DNA of 64,000 nucleotides, taken from NCBI GenBank assembly GCA_037133755.1, contig JBAXNN010000010.1, forward strand, positions 10,296 to 74,295, in the 5' to 3' direction. Source of the DNA: Thermoleophilia bacterium (GTDB lineage: Bacteria > Actinomycetota > Thermoleophilia > Gaiellales > F1-60-MAGs149). The notes beneath the pieces are model-generated. The model saw nothing but the letters and a program-made list of their open reading frames with translations. It did no database searches and was not told the DNA's origin. Positions 51,495-60,126 of the stretch are shown here, piece after piece (within the stretch, counting starts at the first letter, position 1; each line of letters opens with the position of its first letter). The position numbers were made by a program, and so were the translations under genes.

Positions 51495-51607
51495 CCGGTC
51501 GATAGTCCAAAGGGGTCAGACCCTTTTGGAGCATGTGCGACCTTCAGCGATGCTTCGCTGCCACGGCATGATCCAAAAGGGTCTGACCCCTTTGGACTAT
51601 CGACCGG
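51495..51607. repeat. Double-palindrome repeat element, copy 3 (36-bp perfect arms)
   Basis: 51495-51530 is the exact reverse complement of 51572-51607. The same 25-nt core is present. The element ends 3 nt from the rsrA stop codon. Confidence 0.85.
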
Positions 51608-51610
51608 CGA

Positions 51611-51862
51611 TTACTCGCAGTCGCAGTCGTCGCAGATGCGACGGAGCTCGGCGCGCAGCCCCTCAGGGCACGGCTCGTCGCAGGCCTTGCGCATGACGGT
51701 GCGCACGCCGACCTCGAGGCCGTAGCACTTGGCGCAGCACGGGCACACGGCGAGGTGCGCGTCGACGACGGTGACCTCTTCGGCCACGAGCGTGCCGTCG
51801 ACGTACTCCTGCACGCAGCGCTGCGCGTGGAGACAGGCCTCAGAGCGAACGTGGGTGCTCAT
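51611..51862 (-). CDS. rsrA: Zinc-binding anti-sigma factor (ZAS; RsrA-like)
   Basis: The HxxxCxxC motif lies in HLAVCPCC, followed by an RsrA-like CAKCYGLEVGVRTVMRKAC. There are 11 Cys in 83 aa. The ATG overlaps the sigma-factor stop codon. Confidence 0.8.
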   Translation of the reverse strand: MSTHVRSEACLHAQRCVQEYVDGTLVAEEVTVVDAHLAVCPCCAKCYGLEVGVRTVMRKACDEPCPEGLRAELRRICDDCDCE

Positions 51863-52503
51863 GCGGCCTCCGGGTCGGTGTGGTCGGCTAGCGCCTTCTT
51901 GAGAACGCGACGACCGCGGTGCAGGCGACTCATGACCGTGCCGACGGGAATCTCCAGGACGTCGGCGGCCTCCTGATAGGAGAGATCGCCAAGGTCGACG
52001 AGCACGACGACCTCGCGGAACGGCAGTGCGAGCTCTCCCAGCGCGTCGAGCACGGGACCGGGCGACAGGCGCTCGATCAGCCGGTCGACGTCGGGTGCGG
52101 CCGGGCCGTTGAGACGGTCGTACAGGTAGTAGTCGTCGGCCTCGAGCCCGAGCTGCTCGGGCTGGCGCTGCTGCTTGCGGGCGTTATCGATCGCGAGGTT
52201 GTGGACGATGCGCAGCAGCCACGCGCGCAGGTTGGTACCCGGCTCGTACTGCTTCCACGAGCGGAAGGCACGGGTGTACGCCTCCTGCATCAGGTCCTCG
52301 GCGGCCTGGGGATCGCGCGTCAGCCGGCGCGCCACGCGCCAGACGTCGTCGGCTAGCGCCAGCGCCTGCTCATCGAAGACCAGCCGCGCGGGATCGGCCG
52401 CCGACGCGTCGGTGGTCTGGGCGGTCTCGTCGGCCACGTTGCGAGCGTACCACCCAGCGGTGGCCGTGCCCGAGGGACCCGTGATGGCGGCAACTGCCTG
52501 CAT
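51859..52503 (-). CDS. sigR: ECF sigma factor, SigR/SigH-like
   Basis: Region 2 reads EDLMQEAYTRAFRSW...NLRAWLLRIVHN, and region 4 reads LSYQEAADVLEIPVGTVMSRLHRGR. A GGAAT-N18-GTT promoter lies directly upstream. Confidence 0.85.
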   Translation of the reverse strand: MQAVAAITGPSGTATAGWYARNVADETAQTTDASAADPARLVFDEQALALADDVWRVARRLTRDPQAAEDLMQEAYTRAFRSWKQYEPGTNLRAWLLRIVHNLAIDNARKQQRQPEQLGLEADDYYLYDRLNGPAAPDVDRLIERLSPGPVLDALGELALPFREVVVLVDLGDLSYQEAADVLEIPVGTVMSRLHRGRRVLKKALADHTDPEAA

Positions 52504-52512
52504 GCCCTGTTC

Positions 52513-52538
52513 AACGCGTCGGGTTCCCCCCGCATTCC
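52513..52538 (-). promoter_or_regulatory. SigR/SigH-type autoregulatory promoter (GGAAT-N18-GTT)
   Basis: The minus strand reads GGAAT (52538-52534), then 18 nt, then GTT (52515-52513), then 9 nt to the sigR ATG at 52503. This exactly matches the consensus spacing known for SigR/SigH regulons. Confidence 0.65.
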
Positions 52539-52562
52539 AGCAACCTCGGCGATACTGCGGTC

Positions 52563-53471
52563 GTGCGCGCGTTCCTGTCTCGCCTCACCGGCCCCGGTGC
52601 CTTCCGCCCGCTTGCGGTGGTCACACTGATTGCGATCTACGTGAATGTCGTCTCGGGCGCTCTCGTGCGCGTGACGAATTCGGGACTTGGCTGCCCCGAC
52701 TGGCCGCTCTGCAACGGAAAGCCGACGCCCCCGTTCCAGTTCCACGGCCTGATCGAGTTCACCAATCGCGTGCTGGCGTTCTTCGTGATCGTGGTCGCGA
52801 TCCTCCTCGCGATCTCCGCGTATCGCTCGCTGCGCGGCCAGAGCCGGTGGCTCTGGCGCGGTGCACTGTGGATCGGCATCCTGACGTTTGCCCAGGGACC
52901 GCTCGGTGGAATCACCGTGCTCGTCGACCTTCACCCGATCGCCGTGCTGTCGCACTTCCTGCTGGCCATCGTCGTCCTGCTGATCTCCGTCGTGATCGTG
53001 CTCGAGGCATTCGGCATCGCGGGTGGCTGGACGCCGCCGCCCGCCGGTTGGGTGCCGTGGGTCGGCATCGGCTTGGCAGCCTGGGCGTGGCTGACGATCA
53101 TCTCGGGCGGCGTGGCGACGATGTCGGGCACGCACCCGGGCAGCGACAACGTGCCGCGCCTGTGGAATCTGCTCGATGCCGTCTACGTCCACGTGCGCGT
53201 CGCCGCGAGCTTCATCGTCGCGATCGCGGTGATGCTGATCGTGCTGTCGCGCGTGCTCCAGCCGCCGCGTGCGGTCACGCGAGCTGCGTGGGCGCTGGTG
53301 CTGCTCGTCACGCTGCAGGTGATCGTCGGCGAGTGGCAGTGGCGTACGCAGCTGCCGTGGTACCTGACGTTGCTGCATGTCGCGGTCGGTACGGCTGCGA
53401 TCGCCACGGCTGGTGCCTTCGGCTGGTTGCTCGCGGTCTCGCGCCGCCAGGCACCTGCCACCACCGACTGA
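52563..53471 (+). CDS. ctaA: Heme A synthase (COX15/CtaA)
   Basis: VTNSGLGCPDWPLCNG, the HR/H motifs (FTNRVLA, LSHFLLA, LLHVAVG) and eight TM helices are present. Confidence 0.85.
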   Translation: MRAFLSRLTGPGAFRPLAVVTLIAIYVNVVSGALVRVTNSGLGCPDWPLCNGKPTPPFQFHGLIEFTNRVLAFFVIVVAILLAISAYRSLRGQSRWLWRGALWIGILTFAQGPLGGITVLVDLHPIAVLSHFLLAIVVLLISVVIVLEAFGIAGGWTPPPAGWVPWVGIGLAAWAWLTIISGGVATMSGTHPGSDNVPRLWNLLDAVYVHVRVAASFIVAIAVMLIVLSRVLQPPRAVTRAAWALVLLVTLQVIVGEWQWRTQLPWYLTLLHVAVGTAAIATAGAFGWLLAVSRRQAPATTD

Positions 53472-53497
53472 CGACCGTCTGCGATGATTGGTCGCGG

Positions 53498-54949
53498 GTG
53501 GATGGGATCCTGATTCCGATTGCAGGCGTCGTCGCGGCGCTTGGCGTGGCGGTGCTGCTGTGCACCAGCTCGACGCCGCTGCGCGTGGTCGGCGCGGTGC
53601 TCGCGGGAGTCGGTGGCGTGCCGCTGGTCCTGTCGCGCACCTCGCAGGCGCACACGCTGCTCGATCGACCGGCGCTGCTTGGTGTTGGCGTGGTCGCGGG
53701 CGTCGTCGCGCTGGCGGTACTGACCCTCGTATTCATACGGTATCCGTGGCTCGTCCCGCCCATCGCGCTGGTGATCGGCCTCCGTATCCCACTGCGCAAC
53801 CCGCCAAGTCCGACCGACCACTTGCTGCCGCTCTATCTCGTGCTGGCGGCTGGGACAATCGCCCTCGTGCTGCACGCCCTGCGGGGGAATGCTCCGCCGA
53901 ACCGGCTCGGCTACGTCGGGTACGCCCTTGCGGGGTATGTCGTGATCGCCGCCGCCAGCCTGGCTTGGACTGCCGATCGCGACGCCACGGCGTATGCGGT
54001 TGTTGCCTTCACCCTCCCGCTCGGCCTGTTGGCTGCCCTGACCGGAACGCTGCTGCCGCTGCCGCCGCTGACGAAGGTCCTGCCGTGGCTGCTGATCGGC
54101 GCCGCCACCATTCTCGCGTTCGTCGCGATCTGGCAGTGGCACACGCACGACATCTTCTGGAACGAGAAGCTGATGCGCACGAATGCGTACGGCGGGTTCT
54201 TCCGCACCAACTCGCTGCTCTTCGACCCGAGTCTGTTCGGCCGCGTCGAGGCGCTCGCCTTGGTGGCGATCGTCGGCCTGCTGGCACTCGCGCGCCCGCG
54301 CAAGCTGCTGCTGCTCCCCGCGCTCGTCGCGGTCCCGATCTTCCTCGGCCTGGCCACGTCGTATTCGCAGTCGTCCCTTGTCGCGCTCTCGGCGGGCATC
54401 CTCGTGATCGCCTGCGTCGTCTGGCGTTGGAAGGCCGTGATCGGCATCGGCGCGATCATCGTGATCGTCGCGATCGGCGCGCTCGCCACCCCACAGGGCC
54501 GGCATCTGCTGCACGAGCCTGCACAGAAGGCATCGAGCGCGCGCCTCGGCCTTGTGACGCGCTCCATCGACCTCTTCGAGGCGCATCCCGTCGAAGGCAG
54601 CGGTCTCGGGGCCTTCGCGACGGCGACCGATAAGAAGAAGGCGGCACCACACAACGTCATCGCCGGCTCGGCAGCGGAGCTCGGCATCCTCGGTACCTTG
54701 GCGCTGCTCGCGGTGCTGCTCAGCGTCCTCTGGGCGATCCGCCATCGCCGCCCCGACGCGGATCGGCCGACGCACATCATTCTGGCTGCGCTCTTCGCGA
54801 CGATCTTCGTCCACGCCCTGTTCTACGACAACTTCTTCGCCGACCCCTCGATGTGGGTGATCGCGGCGCTGCTGGCTGCGGGCGCAGGGCTGTTTCCGCT
54901 CGAGCTCGAGCCCGAGCCGGATGACTGGATCGCGAGGCGGGGACTGTGA
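53498..54949 (+). CDS. O-antigen-ligase/Wzy_C-domain polytopic membrane protein
   Basis: Starts at GTG 53498, the first start after the ctaA stop in this frame. It has ~11 TM helices and a periplasmic loop ending in GSGLGAF...APHNVIAGSAAELGILG. The upstream part of ORF 52175..54949 is a shadow frame. Confidence 0.65.
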   Translation: MDGILIPIAGVVAALGVAVLLCTSSTPLRVVGAVLAGVGGVPLVLSRTSQAHTLLDRPALLGVGVVAGVVALAVLTLVFIRYPWLVPPIALVIGLRIPLRNPPSPTDHLLPLYLVLAAGTIALVLHALRGNAPPNRLGYVGYALAGYVVIAAASLAWTADRDATAYAVVAFTLPLGLLAALTGTLLPLPPLTKVLPWLLIGAATILAFVAIWQWHTHDIFWNEKLMRTNAYGGFFRTNSLLFDPSLFGRVEALALVAIVGLLALARPRKLLLLPALVAVPIFLGLATSYSQSSLVALSAGILVIACVVWRWKAVIGIGAIIVIVAIGALATPQGRHLLHEPAQKASSARLGLVTRSIDLFEAHPVEGSGLGAFATATDKKKAAPHNVIAGSAAELGILGTLALLAVLLSVLWAIRHRRPDADRPTHIILAALFATIFVHALFYDNFFADPSMWVIAALLAAGAGLFPLELEPEPDDWIARRGL

Positions 54950-56271
54950 CGCTCTCCCGCGAACGCCTCGGCCTGGCGCTGCTTGGCGTCCTGATCGGCC
55001 TCGTGCTGATCGACGTGCCGTGGCTCGGCGTGGACGCGTGGGCGTTTGTGGCGCCGGACGCGACGACCGGCGGCCTGCTCGGCCCACTCGTGCGCGCGGC
55101 TGACGGACAGTGGGATCTGGGCATCGTTCGAGCACCCGCCCTGCTTGCGGGTGTCCTGGTCGCGGTGCTCGCACTCGTGCTGCCGAAGCGCGAGCCACTG
55201 CGACGCGTCCTGCTGATCATCGCCACCGTGGGCGTCGTGGCCGCGCTGCTCGTACCCGCCACGCTGCTGCAGATCGGCCTGCGCGAGGGCACGTCGCCGT
55301 GGTTCCACACGAACGACGCGGCGTACCAGGTCGAGCTGGCCGGCAATCGCATCATCCACGGCGACAACCCCTACGGCGTCGACTACACGGGCACCGGTCT
55401 CGAGCGCATCTACTCGCTCGACGGCACGCCCGTCACCGACGGGCGCGTCGAGACCGTCGCGCTCAAGCACCTTGCGTACTTCCCGGGCCTGCCAGTGATC
55501 GGTGCCGTCAGCGCCGCACTGCCGGGGCCGCTCGGCGACGTGCGGATCCTGATGCTGCTGTTCGCGCTCGCGCTGATCCCCGCTGCGCTGCTGCTGCCCG
55601 GTCCGCTCGAGCTGCGCCTCGGCGTCGGCGCGCTCCTGGCCGCCAATCCACTGCTGCTGCGCAGTACGTGGTTCGGGATCCTCGATGCCCCCGTCGTGCT
55701 CGCGCTTGTGCTGGCCTTCGCGCTCGCATTGAAGGGCCGCTGGGGCTGGACCGGCGCGCTCGTGGCTCTCGCGCTGGTGGAGAAGCAGTACGCCTTCGTG
55801 GCGATTCCGTTCCTCGCCGTTGCCGCGTGGCAGGCGGGCGGCCGCGACGCGCTCGTGCGCGCCGGTGCATGGCTCGTGGGCGTCACCGCCGTGGTCGTGC
55901 TGCCGTTCCTGCTCTGGGGGCCAACCGCCTTCATCGACGACACGCTCGTCTACGGCACCAGCGCGTACCGCATCGTCGGCTACGGCCTGAGTGGCATCCT
56001 CGTCGACCTCCATGTCGTCGTGCGCGACGGGTCGTACCCGTTCATCCTGCTCGCACTCGTGATCTGGCTCCCGCTCACGCTGATCGCGCTGCGCCGCCAG
56101 TGGCTGGCGCCCACGCCGTGGCGCGCCGCACTCGGCTTCGCGCTGTCGTTTCTGATCCTCGCGTGGATCGCCCGCTACTTCCAGACCTCCGGGTTCGTGT
56201 ATCCGCTCGCCGGCCTGCTCGTGGCGGCCGCGATTGCGCTCGCCCCCTCCCTGGCGAAGGACGACGCCTGA
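54946..56271 (+). CDS. GT-C-fold membrane glycosyltransferase (DUF2029/GT87-like)
   Basis: Polytopic. The first extracytoplasmic loop reads NDAAYQVELAGNRIIHGDNPY, matching the D..Y...G.NPY pattern of DUF2029-type mannosyltransferases. The GTG overlaps the upstream TGA. Confidence 0.55.
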   Translation: MTLSRERLGLALLGVLIGLVLIDVPWLGVDAWAFVAPDATTGGLLGPLVRAADGQWDLGIVRAPALLAGVLVAVLALVLPKREPLRRVLLIIATVGVVAALLVPATLLQIGLREGTSPWFHTNDAAYQVELAGNRIIHGDNPYGVDYTGTGLERIYSLDGTPVTDGRVETVALKHLAYFPGLPVIGAVSAALPGPLGDVRILMLLFALALIPAALLLPGPLELRLGVGALLAANPLLLRSTWFGILDAPVVLALVLAFALALKGRWGWTGALVALALVEKQYAFVAIPFLAVAAWQAGGRDALVRAGAWLVGVTAVVVLPFLLWGPTAFIDDTLVYGTSAYRIVGYGLSGILVDLHVVVRDGSYPFILLALVIWLPLTLIALRRQWLAPTPWRAALGFALSFLILAWIARYFQTSGFVYPLAGLLVAAAIALAPSLAKDDA

Positions 56272-56897
56272 TGCACACCCGACTGCTGCTCGCCCGCCAC
56301 GGCCAGGCCACCAGCGGCCCCGACCACCGCTGGACCGCCGAGGATCCACTGACCGAGATCGGTCTGCGCCAGGCGCAGGATCTTGGCCGTGCCGTCGCCG
56401 CACGCTCGCCGCAGCCCGACCGCATCGTCGCCAGCCCTGCCGTGCGTGCCCAGCAGACCGCACAGGCCTGCGCGGATGCGCTCGGGCTCCCGATCGAGAC
56501 CGATCCGAGGCTGATGGAATTCGGCAGCGGAGCGCTCAGTCCGTTCACCCTCGCCGAGATGATCGAGCTGGCGCCGTACGACGACATCTGGCACCCGCAC
56601 GATGCGGCCTGGGATGGCGAGACGATCGGCGCCTTCTGGCAGCGCACAGGCGAGGCCGCCGAAGCGGTCTGGCAGGCCGGTGGCAACCCCCTCGTCGTCT
56701 CGCACGCGGGCACCACGCAGGGGATTCTGCGCTGGTCGATGCAGATTCCGCCCGACGCGCCTGACTCGTTCTCCCTGTTCGTCGGCAACGCGAGCCTGAC
56801 CGACGTCGTCGTGCGCGTCGATCGCCACGGCCGTCGTCGTGCCGACCTCAAGCAACTCGGCTCGACCGAGCATCTGACAACCGCGACGGACATCTGA
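56271..56897 (+). CDS. Histidine phosphatase (phosphoglycerate-mutase-like) family protein
   Basis: The RHG catalytic motif lies in LLLARHGQATS, and the second His lies in VVSHAGT. The ATG shares one nucleotide with the upstream TGA. Confidence 0.75.
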   Translation: MHTRLLLARHGQATSGPDHRWTAEDPLTEIGLRQAQDLGRAVAARSPQPDRIVASPAVRAQQTAQACADALGLPIETDPRLMEFGSGALSPFTLAEMIELAPYDDIWHPHDAAWDGETIGAFWQRTGEAAEAVWQAGGNPLVVSHAGTTQGILRWSMQIPPDAPDSFSLFVGNASLTDVVVRVDRHGRRRADLKQLGSTEHLTTATDI

Positions 56898-56924
56898 CCG
56901 CCTCGGTCTGGTAGCGTCGCCCGC

Positions 56925-57686
56925 ATGGCCGTCGACCCGGACAACCCCCTCAGCGACGAGCTCAACGGCGTCTTCGCACCGGTTCGCACGGCCAATGCGT
57001 TCGAACAGACCGTCGAGCGCCTCGGCCGCGCCATCCGGATGGGCCTCTTGACACCCGGCGAGCAGCTGCCGAGCGAACGCGACCTCGCCCAGCACCTGGC
57101 GCTGTCCCGTTCGACCGTGCGCGAGGCCCTACGCGTGCTGCAGGAGTCGGGCTACCTCGAGGCGCGGCGCGGTCGTGGCGGCGGCACGTTCGTCTGCGAG
57201 ACGCTGCCCTCCGACGAGGATCGCCCGCCCGAGGACGGCGTACGCGATCTGCGTGGCGAGGAGCTCGCCGCACTGCTGCGCTACCGGCGTATCCTCGAGA
57301 CCGGTGCCGCCGAGCTCGCCGCCGAGCGCTCGACGGCCGCCGAGCGCGAGCGTCTGGCCGAGCTCGTCGACGAGATGGGCGGCTTTCACCTCTCTGACTA
57401 CGTCACCTACCGCGGCATCGACTCGCGCTTTCACATCGCGCTGGCCGCGATCGCCGGCTCGCCCGACCTCGTCACCGCGATTACCGACACGCAGGCGGCA
57501 CTCAGCGATGTCCTCAACGCCGTGCCGCGCTCCGAGGAGTCGATGATCAACTCGCAGACCCAGCATCGCCGCATTCTGGCCGCGTTGGAGGCCCACGACC
57601 GCGACGCCGCGCGCGTCGCGATGCGCGAGCACCTCGAGGGCATCGAGCACCTGCTGACCGTCTTGCTGCCGAAGGGCGGCGCATAG
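56925..57686 (+). CDS. GntR/FadR-family transcriptional regulator
   Basis: The wHTH reads LPSERDLAQHLALSRSTVREALRVLQESGYLEARRGRGGGTFV and is followed by an FCD-type helical domain. Confidence 0.85.
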   Translation: MAVDPDNPLSDELNGVFAPVRTANAFEQTVERLGRAIRMGLLTPGEQLPSERDLAQHLALSRSTVREALRVLQESGYLEARRGRGGGTFVCETLPSDEDRPPEDGVRDLRGEELAALLRYRRILETGAAELAAERSTAAERERLAELVDEMGGFHLSDYVTYRGIDSRFHIALAAIAGSPDLVTAITDTQAALSDVLNAVPRSEESMINSQTQHRRILAALEAHDRDAARVAMREHLEGIEHLLTVLLPKGGA

Positions 57687-57722
57687 CGCCGGCGACCGCG
57701 CCAGCCCTGTAGGCTTGCGGCA

Positions 57723-58793
57723 ATGGAGGTCAAGGGACTCGTCTTGTCGGGTGGTGCGGGAACGCGTCTGCGCCCCATCACCCACACCCGCGCCAAGCAG
57801 CTGGTGCCGGTTGCCGGCAAGCCCGTGCTCTTCTACGGGCTGGAGGCGATGGCCGCCGCCGGCATCACCGAGGTCGGCATCATCATCGGCGACACGGGCG
57901 ACGAGATCCGCACTGCGGTCGGCGACGGCTCGCAATTTGGCCTCGAGGTCACCTTCATCCCGCAAGATGCGCCGCGCGGCCTGGCCCACGCCGTCCTAAC
58001 GGCCGAGGAGTTCATCGGCGACAGCGCCTTCTGCATGTACCTCGGCGACAACCTGCTGCGCGATGGCGTCGCGGGCTTCGTCGACAAGTTCCGGGCCGGC
58101 GACGCCGACGCCATGATCCTGCTCCAGCACGTGCCGAACCCGTCCGAGTACGGCGTCGCCGAGCTCGACGAGACCGGTGCTGTCAAGCAGCTGGTCGAGA
58201 AGCCGAAGGAGCCCAAGAGCGACCTCGCGCTCGTGGGTGTGTACCTTTTCACGAGCTCGATCTTCGCCGCCGCCAAGCAGCTCGAGCCGTCGTGGCGGGG
58301 CGAGTACGAGATCACCGATGCCATCCAGGGCCTCGTCGATAGCGGCCTGCGCGTCGAGCCGCACGTCGTGACCGGCTGGTGGAAGGACACGGGGCAGCTC
58401 GTCGACATGCTCGAGGCCAATCGCCTCGTGCTCGACGCGATCGACACCGACATCCAGGGCACCGTGGTCGACTCCAAGATCGAGGGCCGCGTCGTCATTC
58501 AGGCCGGCGCCACCGTCGAGCGCTGCCACATCCGCGGGCCGGTGGTGATCTGCGCGGGCGCGACCGTGCGCGACGCGTACATCGGCCCGTACTCGGCGAT
58601 CTCGGAGGACGCGCACGTCGAGCGCGCCGAGATGGAGCACGCGATTCTGCTGGAGCGCTCTAGCATCATCGGCATCGACACCCGCATCGAGGACTCGCTG
58701 ATCGGCGCCGACTGCCAGATCCGCCGCTCCGATGCCATCCGCTCCGCGAACCGCCTGCTGGTCGGCGACGGCTCGCGCATCGAGATCCTGTGA
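57723..58793 (+). CDS. rmlA: Glucose-1-phosphate thymidylyltransferase, long form with a C-terminal beta-helix
   Basis: GLVLSGGAGTRLRPITHTRAKQLVPVAGKP is followed by a LbH tail. It is the first gene of the rmlACDB string. Confidence 0.8.
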   Translation: MEVKGLVLSGGAGTRLRPITHTRAKQLVPVAGKPVLFYGLEAMAAAGITEVGIIIGDTGDEIRTAVGDGSQFGLEVTFIPQDAPRGLAHAVLTAEEFIGDSAFCMYLGDNLLRDGVAGFVDKFRAGDADAMILLQHVPNPSEYGVAELDETGAVKQLVEKPKEPKSDLALVGVYLFTSSIFAAAKQLEPSWRGEYEITDAIQGLVDSGLRVEPHVVTGWWKDTGQLVDMLEANRLVLDAIDTDIQGTVVDSKIEGRVVIQAGATVERCHIRGPVVICAGATVRDAYIGPYSAISEDAHVERAEMEHAILLERSSIIGIDTRIEDSLIGADCQIRRSDAIRSANRLLVGDGSRIEIL

Positions 58794-59299
58794 GTCCCAC
58801 GCCGCAGACCACGCCGATCGATGGTGCGCTCGTCGTACCGCTGACGAAGCATGAGGACAGCCGCGGCTGGTTCCTCGAGGCGCGCAAGGAGTCGTGGTTC
58901 CGCGAGCTCGGCGGCAAGCCGAGCATGCAGACGAACATCGTCTACTCGCGCCAGGGCGTGATCCGCGGCCTGCACTTCCATGAGCTCGGCCAGGACGACC
59001 TCTTCTTCTGCGCCCAGGGCATGGTGCGCGTCGTGCTGTTCGACCGCCGCGAGGATTCGCCGACGCACGGCACCGCGTGGAGCATCGACATCGGCGACGA
59101 CAACCCGTGCGCCGTCTACGTGCCGGGTCGCACCGCGCACGGCTACGAGTCGCTGACGGATTGCCTGTTCTGTTACCACGTGACACACGAGTACAACCCG
59201 GACGACGAGAACACGTTCCCGTGGAACGACGAGCGCGTCATGCACCTCTGGTCGACCGCTTCGCCGATCCTCTCCGCCCGGGACGTGATGGACGGATGA
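58790..59299 (+). CDS. rmlC: dTDP-4-dehydrorhamnose 3,5-epimerase
   Basis: It has a cupin fold with HEDSRGWFLE and VIRGLHFH. The GTG overlaps the rmlA stop codon. Confidence 0.8.
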   Translation: MSPTPQTTPIDGALVVPLTKHEDSRGWFLEARKESWFRELGGKPSMQTNIVYSRQGVIRGLHFHELGQDDLFFCAQGMVRVVLFDRREDSPTHGTAWSIDIGDDNPCAVYVPGRTAHGYESLTDCLFCYHVTHEYNPDDENTFPWNDERVMHLWSTASPILSARDVMDG

Positions 59300-60126
59300 C
59301 CGTGCTCGTCACGGGTGCGGGCGGCCAGGTCGGCCGTGCCGCCCTGCGCGAGCTGGGCGATCGCGGCATCGGGCTGCGACACGCTGAGCTTGACGTCACC
59401 GACGCCGCTGCCGTCTTGGCCGCGGTCGAGCAGCACCGTCCCGAGTTGATCCTGCACGCCGCCGCCTGGACCGACGTCGACGGTGCCGAGACCGATCAGG
59501 AGGGCGCGACGCGCGCCAACGTCGATGCCAACCGCCATGTGGCCGAGGCCGCCAAGGCCGTCGGTGCGCGACTCGTCACGCTCTCGACCGACTTCGTCTT
59601 CGCTGGCACCAAGCGCGAGCCGTACCTCGAATCAGACACTGTTGGCCCGATCTCGTTCTACGGCGAGACGAAGCTGCTCGGTGAGCGCGCCGCGCTCGAG
59701 GCGTATCCGGACGGCACCTGGGTCGTCCGCACCGCGTGGGTGTACGACGAGGAGGGCACGAACTTCCCGCGGCTCATCATGCGCCTCGCCGAGACGCGCG
59801 ACACGCTGCGCGTCGTCGAGGACCAGAGTGGCAGCCCGACGTACGCCGGCCACCTCGCCCCGCTGCTGCTCGCGCTGCCCGACCAGGTACCGCCGGGCAT
59901 TCGCCACATCGCGGGCTCGGGCGCCGCCACGCGCCGCGAGTGGGCCGAGGCCGTGCTCGCGGCTGCCGGCCGCAGCACCGTCGTGGACGGCGCCACGAGC
60001 GACGAGTTCCCCACGCCCGCTCGCCGCCCCGCCTACTCGGTGCTGGCCTCCGAATTCGACGACACGCCGCTGCTGCCCCCGTGGCGCGCAGGCGTGGAGG
60101 CCTGCATGGCAGGATTCGTCGCATGA
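59296..60126 (+). CDS. rmlD: dTDP-4-dehydrorhamnose reductase
   Basis: Starts at ATG 59296 with an ATGA overlap. Motifs include VLVTGAGGQVG, STDFVF and YGETKLLGE. Confidence 0.85.
   Translation: MTVLVTGAGGQVGRAALRELGDRGIGLRHAELDVTDAAAVLAAVEQHRPELILHAAAWTDVDGAETDQEGATRANVDANRHVAEAAKAVGARLVTLSTDFVFAGTKREPYLESDTVGPISFYGETKLLGERAALEAYPDGTWVVRTAWVYDEEGTNFPRLIMRLAETRDTLRVVEDQSGSPTYAGHLAPLLLALPDQVPPGIRHIAGSGAATRREWAEAVLAAAGRSTVVDGATSDEFPTPARRPAYSVLASEFDDTPLLPPWRAGVEACMAGFVA

Noticed and set aside
52175-53497. The upstream 441 codons of the 924-aa ORF 52175..54949.
   Set aside because: This part overlaps sigR (antisense) and ctaA (same strand, other frame), and its translation is Arg/Pro-rich junk. 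The membrane-protein-like sequence only begins after the ctaA stop codon, so I trimmed the gene to the GTG at 53498.
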